Assembly (NCBI GenBank): GCA_963734525.1
Contig: CAVTHI010000008.1
Location: 216,450-280,449 of the forward strand
Direction of reading: 5' to 3'
DNA: 64,000 nt
DNA from: an uncultured archaeon
GTDB lineage: Archaea > Micrarchaeota > Micrarchaeia > Anstonellales > Bilamarchaeaceae
Made by a program: the position numbers and the translations under genes. This document shows, in pieces, positions 42,908-51,727 of the stretch (the stretch's first letter is position 1; the number at the start of each line of letters is the position of its first letter). Under the pieces are notes generated by a model. That model saw only the letters and a list, made by a program, of their open reading frames with translations, was not told the DNA's origin and ran no database searches.

Positions 42908-43273
42908 TTAAAGCCGGATTGTCCGGATGCTGTTTTCCTTGTTCACGACGAAATCGAACGCTTCGCCGCCGGATTCGCGCTCCCGGACCGCCCCGAGCGC
43001 GTCGCGGACGGACCTGATGAACGAGTCCCATGAGGCATTTTCGGAAAACGCCCCGGAGATGGAATCACAGACGATTATTTTCCTCCTGCGGTCGAGGAGG
43101 GTGCAGAATACGCTGCTCCCGTGCTCGCTTACATGGATGCCGTACTCGGGCAGGGCGCTAGGCATCGGCTCTCCGGCCATGAGCGAGCCGAAGACCCTGC
43201 CGATGCCTTTTGCGGCATCGGACGAGACGGACGTGGCATCGCCGACCAGGTAGAGGGCATCAGGCATGGCCAA
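42908..43273 (-). CDS. Hypothetical protein, short 'Y family' paralog
   Basis: 121 aa. EYGIHVSEHGSSVFCTLLDRRRKIIVCDSISGAFSENASWDSFIRSVRDAL aligns with the other two members. Confidence 0.55.
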   Translation of the reverse strand: MAMPDALYLVGDATSVSSDAAKGIGRVFGSLMAGEPMPSALPEYGIHVSEHGSSVFCTLLDRRRKIIVCDSISGAFSENASWDSFIRSVRDALGAVRERESGGEAFDFVVNKENSIRTIRL

Positions 43274-43445
43274 TACGTCTGATAGCTCCTTCGGGGCGGA
43301 CGCCAGTCCCGCCCAGCATGTCCAGCACCTCGGCTTTCGCCACCTTGAAAGAATCTTCGGCCATAATGCCGCCGCCGCGGAATTTGCCCGCCTTGGCCTT
43401 GCGTGCGCGGGTTATCGGGATGACGACGCCTGCTTTTTCGCTCAT
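43260..43445 (-). CDS. Small hypothetical protein (61 aa), possibly leaderless
   Basis: MSEKAGVVIPITRARKAKAGKFRGGGIMAEDSFKVAKAEVLDML… A TTAATTTTAAA box lies ~30 nt upstream of the ATG. First gene of the minus-strand trio. Confidence 0.35.
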   Translation of the reverse strand: MSEKAGVVIPITRARKAKAGKFRGGGIMAEDSFKVAKAEVLDMLGGTGVRPEGAIRRIGHA

Positions 43446-43673
43446 GGATACATCGAAGGTTCAAACTTCTTTAAAATTAATGTGCCTCCGGGCGCTGCCC
43501 GGCTGGCGGCCCATTTAAACCAGATATAGTAATAAATTACAACAAAAATTCGTTTTTTTGCCAAAAAAAGCGCACTAAATGTTCTGAAAAAACACCACTT
43601 GACTCCAACTTTACGCACAGTCTGGGCAACATTTATATACATTATGGAACTAACCTATTATGGTTCATGCTCG

Positions 43674-43750
43674 TTTTGAAGTGCATGGGAGGATAACTGG
43701 TCGCCTTGCCAGCGGAGCGATCCGCTGGCCTAATTTTATTCACTTCAAAA
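43674..43750 (+). ncRNA. Candidate small structured RNA (nested hairpins)
   Basis: 10-bp outer stem UUUUGAAGUG/CACUUCAAAA (43674-43683 / 43741-43750) encloses an 8-bp helix CCAGCGGA-GCGA-UCCGCUGG (~43709-43728). TTTATATA box at 43632-43639 and a T-rich run after 43750. No family recognised. Confidence 0.25.
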
Positions 43751-43815
43751 ATTATTTTTCACTCCAGTGTTACCCATAGATAGGATTTAAACCCGCACGC
43801 CCCGAGGCGTTACAT

Positions 43816-43911
43816 ATGATAGAAATCGATGGCTCTTACGGCGAGGGCGGTTGGTTTGAACGGCGGCCCGTTCAAAGCCCACCCTCGCCATCAGGTGCTT
43901 CCAATGATTGA
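43816..43911 (+). promoter_or_regulatory. 31-codon upstream ORF / leader of rtcA that copies the first 12 codons of rtcA
   Basis: ATGATAGAAATCGATGGCTCTTACGGCGAGGGCGG (43816-43850) versus the rtcA start ATGATTGAGATAGACGGCTCTTACGGCGAGGGTGG (43904-43938). The uORF stop TGA 43909-43911 overlaps the rtcA ATG region. ATTTAAA box ~27 nt upstream of 43816. Imperfect ~18-bp hairpin at 43840-43889. Confidence 0.55.
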
Positions 43912-44869
43912 GATAGACGGCTCTTACGGCGAGGGTGGCGGGCAAATCATCCGCACCTCGCTCACTCTCTCGGCGATAACGCAGAAGCCGATACGAATCA
44001 CCGGCATCCGCGCGAACCGCCCGAATCCGGGCCTGCAGCCCCAGCACCTCACGGCGTGCAAGGCCGTGAGGAACGTATGCCGGGGAACGCTCGGCGGGGC
44101 GGAGATAGGCGGCAGGGAGCTGACATTCGAGCCCGGGCCGATTGTCGGGGGGAAATACGAATTCGACATCGGGACGGCCGGCTCCGTGACGCTCGTGGCA
44201 CAGGCCCTTCTCCCGATACTCCTTGGGGCGGCAAAGGAGAGCGAACTGAGGATAATCGGGGGCACGCACGTCATGAAATCGCCCGGTTACGACTATTTCG
44301 AGAACGTCTTCGTTCCTGCGGTGGGGCGCTTCGGCGCCGATGTCGATTGCCGGATGCTGAAGGCGGGGTATTATCCGAGGGGCGGGGGGGAAATCGAGGT
44401 GAAAATCAGGCCGTCCCGCCTTCATGGCAACGTCCTCTGGCCCAGCGGGGATGAGGAAGCGCAGGTCCTGATAAGGCTTTCCGGCCTCCCGCCGGCAATA
44501 GCGGTCCGCGAGAAGAAGATTTTCGTCCAGAATGGCATCGAGCGCATCCGCGTGCGCCAGGACGAATCACTGTCGCTTGGCAACGCGGTGACCGCATGGC
44601 GGGGATGCAGGGGCGCATACGCCCTCGGCGAGAAGGGGAAGCGCGCGGAGGCCGTGGCGCAGGAGACGTACGACGCGCTGAAGGCCGAGGACGGGGATGT
44701 CGACATGCACCTTGCCGACCAGCTCCTGCTTTATTCGGTCCTTGCGGATGGGCCGACAAGCTACTGCACGAGCGCCATCAGCGAGCATCTCCGGACAAAC
44801 GCCTATGTGATATCCAAGTTCCTGGACAGGAAGCCCGTTCTCACGGGCTCCCGCGTGGATGTCGGATGA
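43904..44869 (+). CDS. rtcA: RNA 3'-terminal phosphate cyclase
   Basis: MIEIDGSYGEGGGQIIRTSLTLSAIT…RANRPNPGLQPQHL…GTAGSVTLVAQALLP… AGGTG SD at 43893-43897. The track start 43829 adds a non-conserved extension and is rejected. Confidence 0.9.
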   Translation: MIEIDGSYGEGGGQIIRTSLTLSAITQKPIRITGIRANRPNPGLQPQHLTACKAVRNVCRGTLGGAEIGGRELTFEPGPIVGGKYEFDIGTAGSVTLVAQALLPILLGAAKESELRIIGGTHVMKSPGYDYFENVFVPAVGRFGADVDCRMLKAGYYPRGGGEIEVKIRPSRLHGNVLWPSGDEEAQVLIRLSGLPPAIAVREKKIFVQNGIERIRVRQDESLSLGNAVTAWRGCRGAYALGEKGKRAEAVAQETYDALKAEDGDVDMHLADQLLLYSVLADGPTSYCTSAISEHLRTNAYVISKFLDRKPVLTGSRVDVG

Positions 44870-44911
44870 ATTGCCTATATTTATAATCATTTTGTTATAT
44901 ATTTTGTAACA

Positions 44912-45631
44912 ATGAAAACCGCCAGAACCAGGTATATCTGCTGGGATTTGGACGAAACCCTGGGTTTCTTCCGCCCGGGAAAAAAATCCGAATTCATGAA
45001 AGGCCTGCCCTCGCTGCTGGAGGAGCTCCAGAAGAGGGGGGTCAGGAACCTGATTACGACGGCGTCGCCCTCATTATACGCAACGCTGGCGCTGAAGAGG
45101 ACGGGGACGGGCCATCTTTTCGACGCGGTATTCGGATGCGAGACGGTCTGCCCGGACAACAGGTACAAGAGATACGGGCCGGTGGCCGACTCGCTCGGCA
45201 TTCGCAGGCATGATGCCATCGACAGGATGCTTGTGGTGGGCAATGCGGACAGGGATTCTTCGGCCGACCTCGACCTCGTGACGGTCATCTACCCTGATGC
45301 TATAAAGAACGATGCATCGGTCGTGGCGGCCGTGCTCGGAAGGCTCATGGAACACGATTCATGGTGGTATGGCTTCGAAATGATGCTAAACGGAGTGAGC
45401 GCGCCCCGCAACAACGGCATTTTCGAAGGCGGGGAACTCCATATCGAGGATGTCCTGGTTTCCGTCGGCCGTGTCGGGGAAAACGACTTCATGCACAAGA
45501 ACGAGATGCTTGTTCTCGTGACCAGGGCGGGCGTCCACAGGCGCGCCGATATCGCATGCAAAGAAGAGCCCTTCGAAGTGCGGGAGCGGGAAGTCGAGGC
45601 TGCCCTTGCGGGCGCGGTCGCAGCAGTCTAG
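44912..45631 (+). CDS. HAD-superfamily hydrolase
   Basis: Motif I ICWDLDETLG, motif II ITTAS, motif IV VVGNADRD. Confidence 0.7.
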   Translation: MKTARTRYICWDLDETLGFFRPGKKSEFMKGLPSLLEELQKRGVRNLITTASPSLYATLALKRTGTGHLFDAVFGCETVCPDNRYKRYGPVADSLGIRRHDAIDRMLVVGNADRDSSADLDLVTVIYPDAIKNDASVVAAVLGRLMEHDSWWYGFEMMLNGVSAPRNNGIFEGGELHIEDVLVSVGRVGENDFMHKNEMLVLVTRAGVHRRADIACKEEPFEVREREVEAALAGAVAAV

Positions 45632-45636
45632 GAAAA

Positions 45637-46224
45637 TCAGGACTTCTGGGCTTCGGTCACCGAGATAACGGTCCCGTTCCGGTGGACGTCCACGAGATAG
45701 TATGAGAGCGCGCCCGGGGCGTCCCATCTCACGAGCCAGGATTCCTTGTCGACCTTCTCAGCGACGCTCGGCACTGCCGCGTCGTTCGAGTTGATGTAGG
45801 TATTGACCGCGCCCGTCCCGGGGAACGTGTGCGAGGCGATTATCGCCTCCTCAGCGAACGCGATTGTGCAGATGCCCTCGGTGCAGACGCTGCAGCCGCT
45901 TGTAATGACCTCGGCCGGCTGCGGGATGAAGTTCTGGGCCGGATAGTTGTAGAATATGTGCGAGCGCTCGGGGCATGGCGAATCCGGGTTTTCGGTGACC
46001 TTTGCCTTGACCTCGAAATAATGCGCCCCGTAGGGGTTCGTCTTCTGGATTATCGTCATTATGGATAAGTCCGCCCCGGGATACTTGTTCCCGAGGTCTT
46101 CCATGACGAACTTGCTGGCATCGGCCTCGACCACGTTGACCTGGAAGAACTCGATGAGCTTGATGAGCACTGCTATTATCAGTATGAGCCCGATTATGAG
46201 CAGAAGCTCCCGCTTTATCGCCAT
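45637..46224 (-). CDS. Hypothetical membrane-anchored extracellular protein
   Basis: N-terminal TM LLLIIGLILIIAVLIKLI, then a globular domain with several Cys. Confidence 0.65.
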   Translation of the reverse strand: MAIKRELLLIIGLILIIAVLIKLIEFFQVNVVEADASKFVMEDLGNKYPGADLSIMTIIQKTNPYGAHYFEVKAKVTENPDSPCPERSHIFYNYPAQNFIPQPAEVITSGCSVCTEGICTIAFAEEAIIASHTFPGTGAVNTYINSNDAAVPSVAEKVDKESWLVRWDAPGALSYYLVDVHRNGTVISVTEAQKS

Positions 46225-46251
46225 GAACCCTACACCCGCTCAAGCTTTTTA

Positions 46252-46587
46252 TTACTTGCCTTCTCCGAGCGAAACGATGGCCTGGGCGATGTCCCCGCCG
46301 CTTTTTTCGAGCGCGGCCTTGGCATCGGCTTCCGAACAGCCCGTCTGCTCCATGACCATCTTGATGTCGTCGGATGAGGATTTCTCCTCGACGCGGATGT
46401 TGCCGGCTATCTGGAACGACGCCTGGCCCTGCATGGTGATTTTCGTCACCTGGGGCTGCTCGACGACTATGGTGGAACCGGACGACGTCTCGATTGTGAC
46501 CTTCGTCGCTTCGATTTCCTCGCTCCGGATGCCCATCTGCTTCATTAGCGCCTGCATCTTCTTCGGGTCCATGCCGCCGGGAATCAT
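46252..46587 (-). CDS. nac: Nascent polypeptide-associated complex protein (NAC alpha homolog)
   Basis: MIPGGMDPKKMQALMKQMGI… NAC domain plus C-terminal UBA-like SEADAKAALEKSGGDIAQAI. Confidence 0.9.
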   Translation of the reverse strand: MIPGGMDPKKMQALMKQMGIRSEEIEATKVTIETSSGSTIVVEQPQVTKITMQGQASFQIAGNIRVEEKSSSDDIKMVMEQTGCSEADAKAALEKSGGDIAQAIVSLGEGK

Positions 46588-46724
46588 AAGTATTACCTCG
46601 ATTGGACAGTATAAGAAGGATAAGGAAAAGAGAGGGGCATCGCCCCGATACGGATATTTTCATCCGGAGAATAACAGGATGAAGTTTGATGAAACTTTAA
46701 CCAGGGTCAAACCGAGGTAAAGTT

Positions 46725-47329
46725 TCATTTGAAGACTTCGCCGCGCTCGGACTTGCGGATCTCGACGCGCCTCATCTTCGTTATCGTCTTCAGCCTGCTG
46801 AAAATCTTCGACGAGAAGCGTCCGTAGATGACGTCCTGTATCACTTCGTCGAAGTTCTTCTCGGTTATTCCCTTGCGCGTCTCGTCCACGAGGAGGTTGC
46901 GGAGGTTCCTCCGCGTGTTCTCGCTGACGCGCGCGCCCGTGACCGCGATTATCTTGAGGCGGAGGGTCTCGTTGTCCTTGGTCTTCTCGTCCACGACCTG
47001 GTGGATGAGCGACTTGCCGCGCCTGGCGAACGTCCTGATGAACGAGGGCGCGATGTCGTGGCCGAGGAGCATGGTGTTGGCGTCGTTGCCGTTGACGTCC
47101 TTAATCCTGAAGCGCAGGGTGGTGAACATCGCCATCTGGGATGCGCCGCCCATGCCGAGCTCCATGAGGCTGGCCTTCACGATGCGGTTCGGGAGCCTCT
47201 TGTCGTCCGATGCGACGACTTCGCAGAGCTCCTTGAACTCGAACATCGACGGTGCCTTCACCGAGTACCATTTCTTCGCTTTCCATTTGTCTACAGTCTT
47301 GACTTTCTTGCCTGCTATAGAATCACCAT
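46725..47329 (-). CDS. rps3ae: Ribosomal protein eS1 (S3Ae); 5' end disturbed by a probable indel
   Basis: Track ORF 46725-47261 (KAPSMFEF…). The conserved N-terminus AGKKVKTVDKWKAKKWYS is in frame upstream (to 47315) but has no start codon. ATG 47329-47327 overlaps the rps15 stop (TGATG) and hits TAG after 4 codons in a different frame. Confidence 0.85.
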
Positions 47330-47784
47330 CACTTTACGAGCAATGACGCCTTCTCGCGGTTGTATCTCCAACCCGGCGGAAGCATCCCTTTGGATGAGTA
47401 GTATTTCACGAGCCTCTGTATCTTGGACTCCACATGGCCCAGCTTGACCAGGTTGTGGGTGTCGTTCTTCGAGGCCTTCAGGTGCCCGGTCACGCGGACC
47501 GCCTTCTTGATGAGGTTGAGGAGGTCTTCCGGGTATTCGCCGAGAGCCTTCTCCTTGGCGAGGTATGCCCTGAGAGACATGCCGAGCTGGGAGCGGAGGT
47601 TCGCGACGCCGTGCTGGTCGCGGAGGACCAGGCCGATTTTCGCCGGCGGCACGCCTTCGCGGGCCATCTTGAGGATGATGTCCTCTATCTCTGCCTTCTT
47701 GGCAGCCGTCCATTCCGGAACGTCGGTCGTCTTCGGCCTCTTGGTCCCGGCCTTTCCTTTCTTCTTTGAATGCAATCTTGCCAT
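47329..47784 (-). CDS. rps15: Ribosomal protein uS15 (S15P/S13e)
   Basis: MARLHSKKKGKAGTKRP…LVLRDQHGV…HLKASKNDTHNLVKLGHVESKIQRLVKYY. Confidence 0.95.
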   Translation of the reverse strand: MARLHSKKKGKAGTKRPKTTDVPEWTAAKKAEIEDIILKMAREGVPPAKIGLVLRDQHGVANLRSQLGMSLRAYLAKEKALGEYPEDLLNLIKKAVRVTGHLKASKNDTHNLVKLGHVESKIQRLVKYYSSKGMLPPGWRYNREKASLLVK

Positions 47785-47815
47785 AGTTATTCCTCGCGTT
47801 TATACGTCGAGAACT

Positions 47816-48382
47816 CTAAGGTTCTAGACTTTTGGAGAATTCTAGAAGAGATTTATATCTATGTGAGATGTTGTTTTTTAAAAGTATGTTTTCCGCGAAC
47901 GTCTGAGGATAACCCCGCGGCACGAAGATGGGGTCGTACCCGAATCCGCCCGCCCCGCGCGCCCCCTCCGCTATCGCCCCGTCGCAGCGCCCCTTGAACA
48001 CGCGGACCGACTTGCCGTCGTGGTATGCGATGCATGCCTCGAAGTACGCCGAGCGGCCGCCGGCATCCGCCATCAGCTTCAGGATGCCGCCATTCCCCAG
48101 CTTCTTCTGCACCCAGGCCGAGTATGTCCCGGGAAAGCCCATCAGCGCGCTGATGAAAAGGCCCGTGTCCTCGGTGTATACGGGCTTCCCGCATTTTTCG
48201 AAGGCGGCTTTCACCGCGTCGACGGCTATCTCCTCCAGGCTGTCCGAGCGGAGCTCGCGGTGCTGGAATGGCAGGTGCTTCAGCTTAGTGCTTCCCGCCC
48301 TCGTGGAAAAGAACGACGACGCTTCTTCGAACTTATGAGCATTCGATGTCGCGAAAAGGATTTCCAACCATAACACCCTCAT
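47816..48382 (-). CDS. rdgB: dITP/XTP pyrophosphatase (Ham1/RdgB family)
   Basis: ILFATSNAHKFEE, EDTGLFI and GFGYDPIFVP motifs. Confidence 0.9.
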   Translation of the reverse strand: MRVLWLEILFATSNAHKFEEASSFFSTRAGSTKLKHLPFQHRELRSDSLEEIAVDAVKAAFEKCGKPVYTEDTGLFISALMGFPGTYSAWVQKKLGNGGILKLMADAGGRSAYFEACIAYHDGKSVRVFKGRCDGAIAEGARGAGGFGYDPIFVPRGYPQTFAENILLKNNISHRYKSLLEFSKSLEP

Positions 48383-48498
48383 TTTTTTCCGCAGTCAAGG
48401 ATAAAAACGGGCGTTTTGCCCCGGTTGGTTTCCTGTTTGAAGCAAATGAACATATATTTAAAAATATATGGAATAAATAAACCGATAGTGAAAAGATA

Positions 48499-48945
48499 AT
48501 GGAAGAAAAACTCGATGGGAAGGACTTTGCGCTGATTGAGGAGCTCCGGAAGGATTCGAAGCTCTCCGAGCAGAAATTGGCAAGGAAGACCAGTATACCC
48601 ATGACAACGGTGCACAACCGTCTGAGGAAGCTGCGCGGGCTTGGCGTGATTACCGGATACACGATCCGGCTGGACCATGCCAAGCTCGGCAGGCCTCTGA
48701 TTGCGTATGTCCTTCTCAAGGCGGCTCCCGGAACGGACCAGAAACGCCTGCTGATGCAGATAGCATCCATGCCGCTCGTCTGCGAGGCGGCGATTGTGGC
48801 GGGGAGCGAATTCGACATCGTGCTGAAGGCAAGAGCCCCGGCCCTGAAAGACCTCAACGGCATGGTCGTCGACGGGTTGAGGGGGCACAAGGGGATTGCC
48901 GATTCGAGGATGATGATAAGCTACGAGCGCATCGACAATGAATGA
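48499..48945 (+). CDS. Lrp/AsnC-family transcriptional regulator
   Basis: N-terminal HTH (DFALIEELRKDSKLSEQKLARKTSIPMTTVHNRLRKL) plus a RAM-like C-terminal domain. Confidence 0.9.
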   Translation: MEEKLDGKDFALIEELRKDSKLSEQKLARKTSIPMTTVHNRLRKLRGLGVITGYTIRLDHAKLGRPLIAYVLLKAAPGTDQKRLLMQIASMPLVCEAAIVAGSEFDIVLKARAPALKDLNGMVVDGLRGHKGIADSRMMISYERIDNE

Positions 48946-48961
48946 TACTGGAGAGGCGGTC

Positions 48962-49802
48962 ATGATGAAGAAGGAAAAGGACGCAAAACCACAAGAAGAC
49001 AGGCAACAGGTCAAGATAGAGACGGTGAGGCATAAGCCGGAAGGAACAGCCCCAAAAACTGGCATCGAATGCACCCGCGCCGGGCGCGGCGGAACCGGGA
49101 GCGGGCGCGGAGCCGCCGAAGCCGCCGGACCCGGCCCAGCAGGAGATGGCAGCGCTCCTCAAAGAGATAGACGCGGCCATGTTCTCGGTCCGGTTCTACC
49201 CCGTTGCGGTGAACGAGCAGGCGAAGGAAGAGGCGCTCGCGAAGCTCGAGGGGATTTACTCCAAGGGGAGCGAGACCGTCCGGCAGATGCTGATGTACAT
49301 GATACACGAGTATCTCGCGACTAGCGTCGACCTGAAGACCATCCACACGCTCGAATATTTCAAGATGAAGAATCCTGGGACCGATTCGGCCCAGCAGAGG
49401 ATGAACGTCTACCGCGCGATATTCAACTACAACACTTCGCTGGAGGGCCTCATCGAGTTCGTCAAGCTCCTCGGGAGGCTCCGGGGGAGCGACGATGCCG
49501 TGAAGCTGCTGACATACCACTACTCGCACCTCTGCTTCATCGAGAACGAGGCGAGCCACGTTATCCGCGCGGCCATCCTGGATTCGCTCGGGAAGGCGGA
49601 ATCGAGGTATGCCCTGCGCGCGCTGCTCGACTATGCGGAATACACCGACAACGAGCGCTCGTTCGGCAGGATAGTCAGCGCCCTCATCGAATGGGAGGAG
49701 AAGCTCGACTCGCTCAAGATGCCGGAGAAGGAGAAGCACGAGGTAAAGGAGAAGCTCAAGAAAATCGTCACGAGCGAGTTCGGGGGCTCGCACTATGGCT
49801 AA
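48962..49802 (+). CDS. Hypothetical helical protein; N-terminal ~60 codons reached only through a frameshift at a C4A5 run
   Basis: Track ORF 49146-49802 is well behaved. Its frame is open from 49029 (…KLASNAPAPGAAEPGAGAEPPKPPDPAQQE|MAALLKEI). ATG 48962 (MMKKEKDAKPQEDRQQVKIETVRHKPEGTAPK) joins it if one base is changed in CCCCAAAAA at 49050-49058. Confidence 0.55.
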
Positions 49803-50364
49803 GGGCATCCGGCATCCGGCGCCCGGCATCCCCAGGATAATCAAGCTGAAGGACGGCAGGATTGCGGCAATCGGCTTCCTCTCCGCCAGGGATAGCGCAC
49901 GCGAGCTCCAGTCGTTCATCAATGCATTCGTCCGGGAAGGCTCGTTCCTGCTTTACGACAGGAAAACCAGCCTCAAGGACGAGATGAAATGGAAGAAGGC
50001 CAAGCTCGCGGATTATAGGAAAGGAAACGGGCAGGTGCTGGTCGCCCGCGTCGATGGGAAGATAGCCGGCACGAGCGATGCGAGGCGGGAACCGTTCAAG
50101 GGAAGGGAGAATGTCTGCCTCGGTATTGCGATTGGTTCGGGATATCGCGGCATAGGGCTCGGCGAGACGCTTCTGCGGCTCAACATCGAAACCGTCAGGA
50201 AGCGCCAGAAGCCGAAAAACATCTACTTATCCGTCCAATCCCCGAACCTCCCGGCCCGCGCGCTATACCGCAAGCTCGGCTTCAGGGAGTTCGCGGTATT
50301 CCCGAAATGGCTGAAGCAGGACGGGAAATACGTCGACCACATCTTCATGAAGCTGGAGCGATAA
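49795..50364 (+). CDS. GNAT-family N-acetyltransferase
   Basis: GIAIGSGYRGIGLGETLL (motif A) and ARALYRKLGF. Confidence 0.8.
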   Translation: MAKGIRHPAPGIPRIIKLKDGRIAAIGFLSARDSARELQSFINAFVREGSFLLYDRKTSLKDEMKWKKAKLADYRKGNGQVLVARVDGKIAGTSDARREPFKGRENVCLGIAIGSGYRGIGLGETLLRLNIETVRKRQKPKNIYLSVQSPNLPARALYRKLGFREFAVFPKWLKQDGKYVDHIFMKLER

Positions 50365-50405
50365 AAAAACACGCGCGCGGTTCGTTATTCAATCTACAAT
50401 CGGCG

Positions 50406-51413
50406 CTAATTGACATGCGTGAACTCGAGCTGCGTCCTGCACTGCGAGTCTTCCTGGAAGTAGCCCTGGATGAACAGCTTGAAGTATCCGAGAATCGGTA
50501 TGCGGCCGATGACCTTCCCGCGCAGGTTCTCCTGGGGGACCGGGCGGTTGTACATGCCCGTCCCGTAATCATACGCCTGCAAATCGAGGAGCGGGTTGTT
50601 GTCGCCGCGCGTCAGGTAGTAGTATTTCCCGTCCACGCCAATCCGGAACAGCGCACGGTGCACGATGTCGCCCACGCGCGAGTAGAAGTCGCCCGCCGGG
50701 GGCTGGTACACGACGATGTCGTTCGAGAAGTTCGCCAGGTAATCCGTGCCCTTGAACGTGACGGTTTTCAGGCACGGCATGTAAGCCGAGCTTCCGTTCG
50801 AGAAGGAGAACGGGCAGCGTTCGTATTTGTAGGTGAACGCGCCCTTCTTTTCGACGAATGATGCGGGCGTGCGGATGAATTCCTGGCACATCGGCGTCTT
50901 CGAGTTCGCCGAGCAGTACGGGAAGAGCGAGCCGTCCATCGAGACGTTGCCGCCGGGATATGAGACATATGCCCGCTCATTCAGCGAGTCGAGCTCGGCC
51001 TGCGTCATTTCGATGCCGTACGCCTGGACCGGCGCGCCCTGCACGATGACGAAATCCCCGCGCTGGAGGTTGGGGAGCATGCTGCAGGAGACCACCGCGG
51101 AAATCGGCGAGCTGGTGTTGAGCAGGAACGATGCGCCGAACCATATGCAGAGCGCGACTATGAGCGCGATTGCCGTATCGAGCGCCTCGTGCTTCCACCC
51201 GTGCTTCTGTGCGCCTTCCTTGACTTCGAGCGTGACGAAATAGCCGATTTCAAGCGCCACGAGTATCGCGAAAAGGAGGGGGAGGAAATTAAGGGAGCTC
51301 TTCGGGTCCCCGAACAGCGCGTTCGTAATAAGTGCGAGGGCGAGCGTGCCTGCGAGGACGAGCGCCTGAACGGGCGTCTTCCGGAGGCTCTCGCGGATTT
51401 CCACAATCATCAT
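50406..51413 (-). CDS. Signal peptidase I, archaeal/eukaryotic S26B type, with a long insert
   Basis: N-terminal TM segments, then the Ser box VVSCSMLPNLQRGDFVIV and the YYYLTRGDNNPLLD box. Confidence 0.8.
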   Translation of the reverse strand: MMIVEIRESLRKTPVQALVLAGTLALALITNALFGDPKSSLNFLPLLFAILVALEIGYFVTLEVKEGAQKHGWKHEALDTAIALIVALCIWFGASFLLNTSSPISAVVSCSMLPNLQRGDFVIVQGAPVQAYGIEMTQAELDSLNERAYVSYPGGNVSMDGSLFPYCSANSKTPMCQEFIRTPASFVEKKGAFTYKYERCPFSFSNGSSAYMPCLKTVTFKGTDYLANFSNDIVVYQPPAGDFYSRVGDIVHRALFRIGVDGKYYYLTRGDNNPLLDLQAYDYGTGMYNRPVPQENLRGKVIGRIPILGYFKLFIQGYFQEDSQCRTQLEFTHVN

Positions 51414-51685
51414 TTCACGATGTCCCGGAACTGCGCCTTGAACTCGGTGACCTCTTTCTTGATTTCGTCCAGCTTCTCGAGGACGAGCTTCCCCGGCTCG
51501 CCCTTCTTGGTCCGGATGTAGATTTTCGGCTCCCCGACAATCGGGTGCTCGACCTTGAACGAAGCGAATTCGACGTCCTTGTCCTCTCCGAGCTTCTCAG
51601 CGAGCAGCTGGGCGAGCGACTGGTCCGCTCCCCGGAGTTCCATTTCAAGCACGTTCTTTTCGTTTGTGAGTATCTTCACGTCCAT
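51410..51685 (-). CDS. rpo11: DNA-directed RNA polymerase subunit L (Rpo11)
   Basis: MDVKILTNEKNVLEMELRGADQSLAQLLAEKL…FKVEHPIVGEPKIYIRT. ATGA overlap with the downstream gene. Confidence 0.9.
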   Translation of the reverse strand: MDVKILTNEKNVLEMELRGADQSLAQLLAEKLGEDKDVEFASFKVEHPIVGEPKIYIRTKKGEPGKLVLEKLDEIKKEVTEFKAQFRDIVK

Positions 51686-51727
51686 TCAAATCCCTCCGAA
51701 ACGATAATTTGCCAATTGGCAGGATTG

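Noticed and set aside
42276-43031. Track start at 43031 for the right-flank Y-family gene (251 aa)
   Set aside because: The first 49 codons are Arg-rich and overlap the upstream gene by 124 nt. ATG 42884 gives a sensible N-terminus and a 23-nt spacer.
16476-43445. The giant locus as an integrated mobile element, given the paralogs on both flanks
   Set aside because: I see no integrase, transposase or att-like direct repeats, and no tRNA at either boundary. The flanking similarity is at protein level only (diverged paralogs), not DNA repeats.
43829-43903. Track start (43829) for rtcA, giving a 25-residue N-terminal extension MALTARAVGLNGGPFKAHPRHQVLP
   Set aside because: RtcA proteins start close to the conserved (I/L).(I/L)DGS.GEGGGQ motif. 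ATG 43904 has an AGGTG SD at the right spacing. The extension runs through the leader hairpin.
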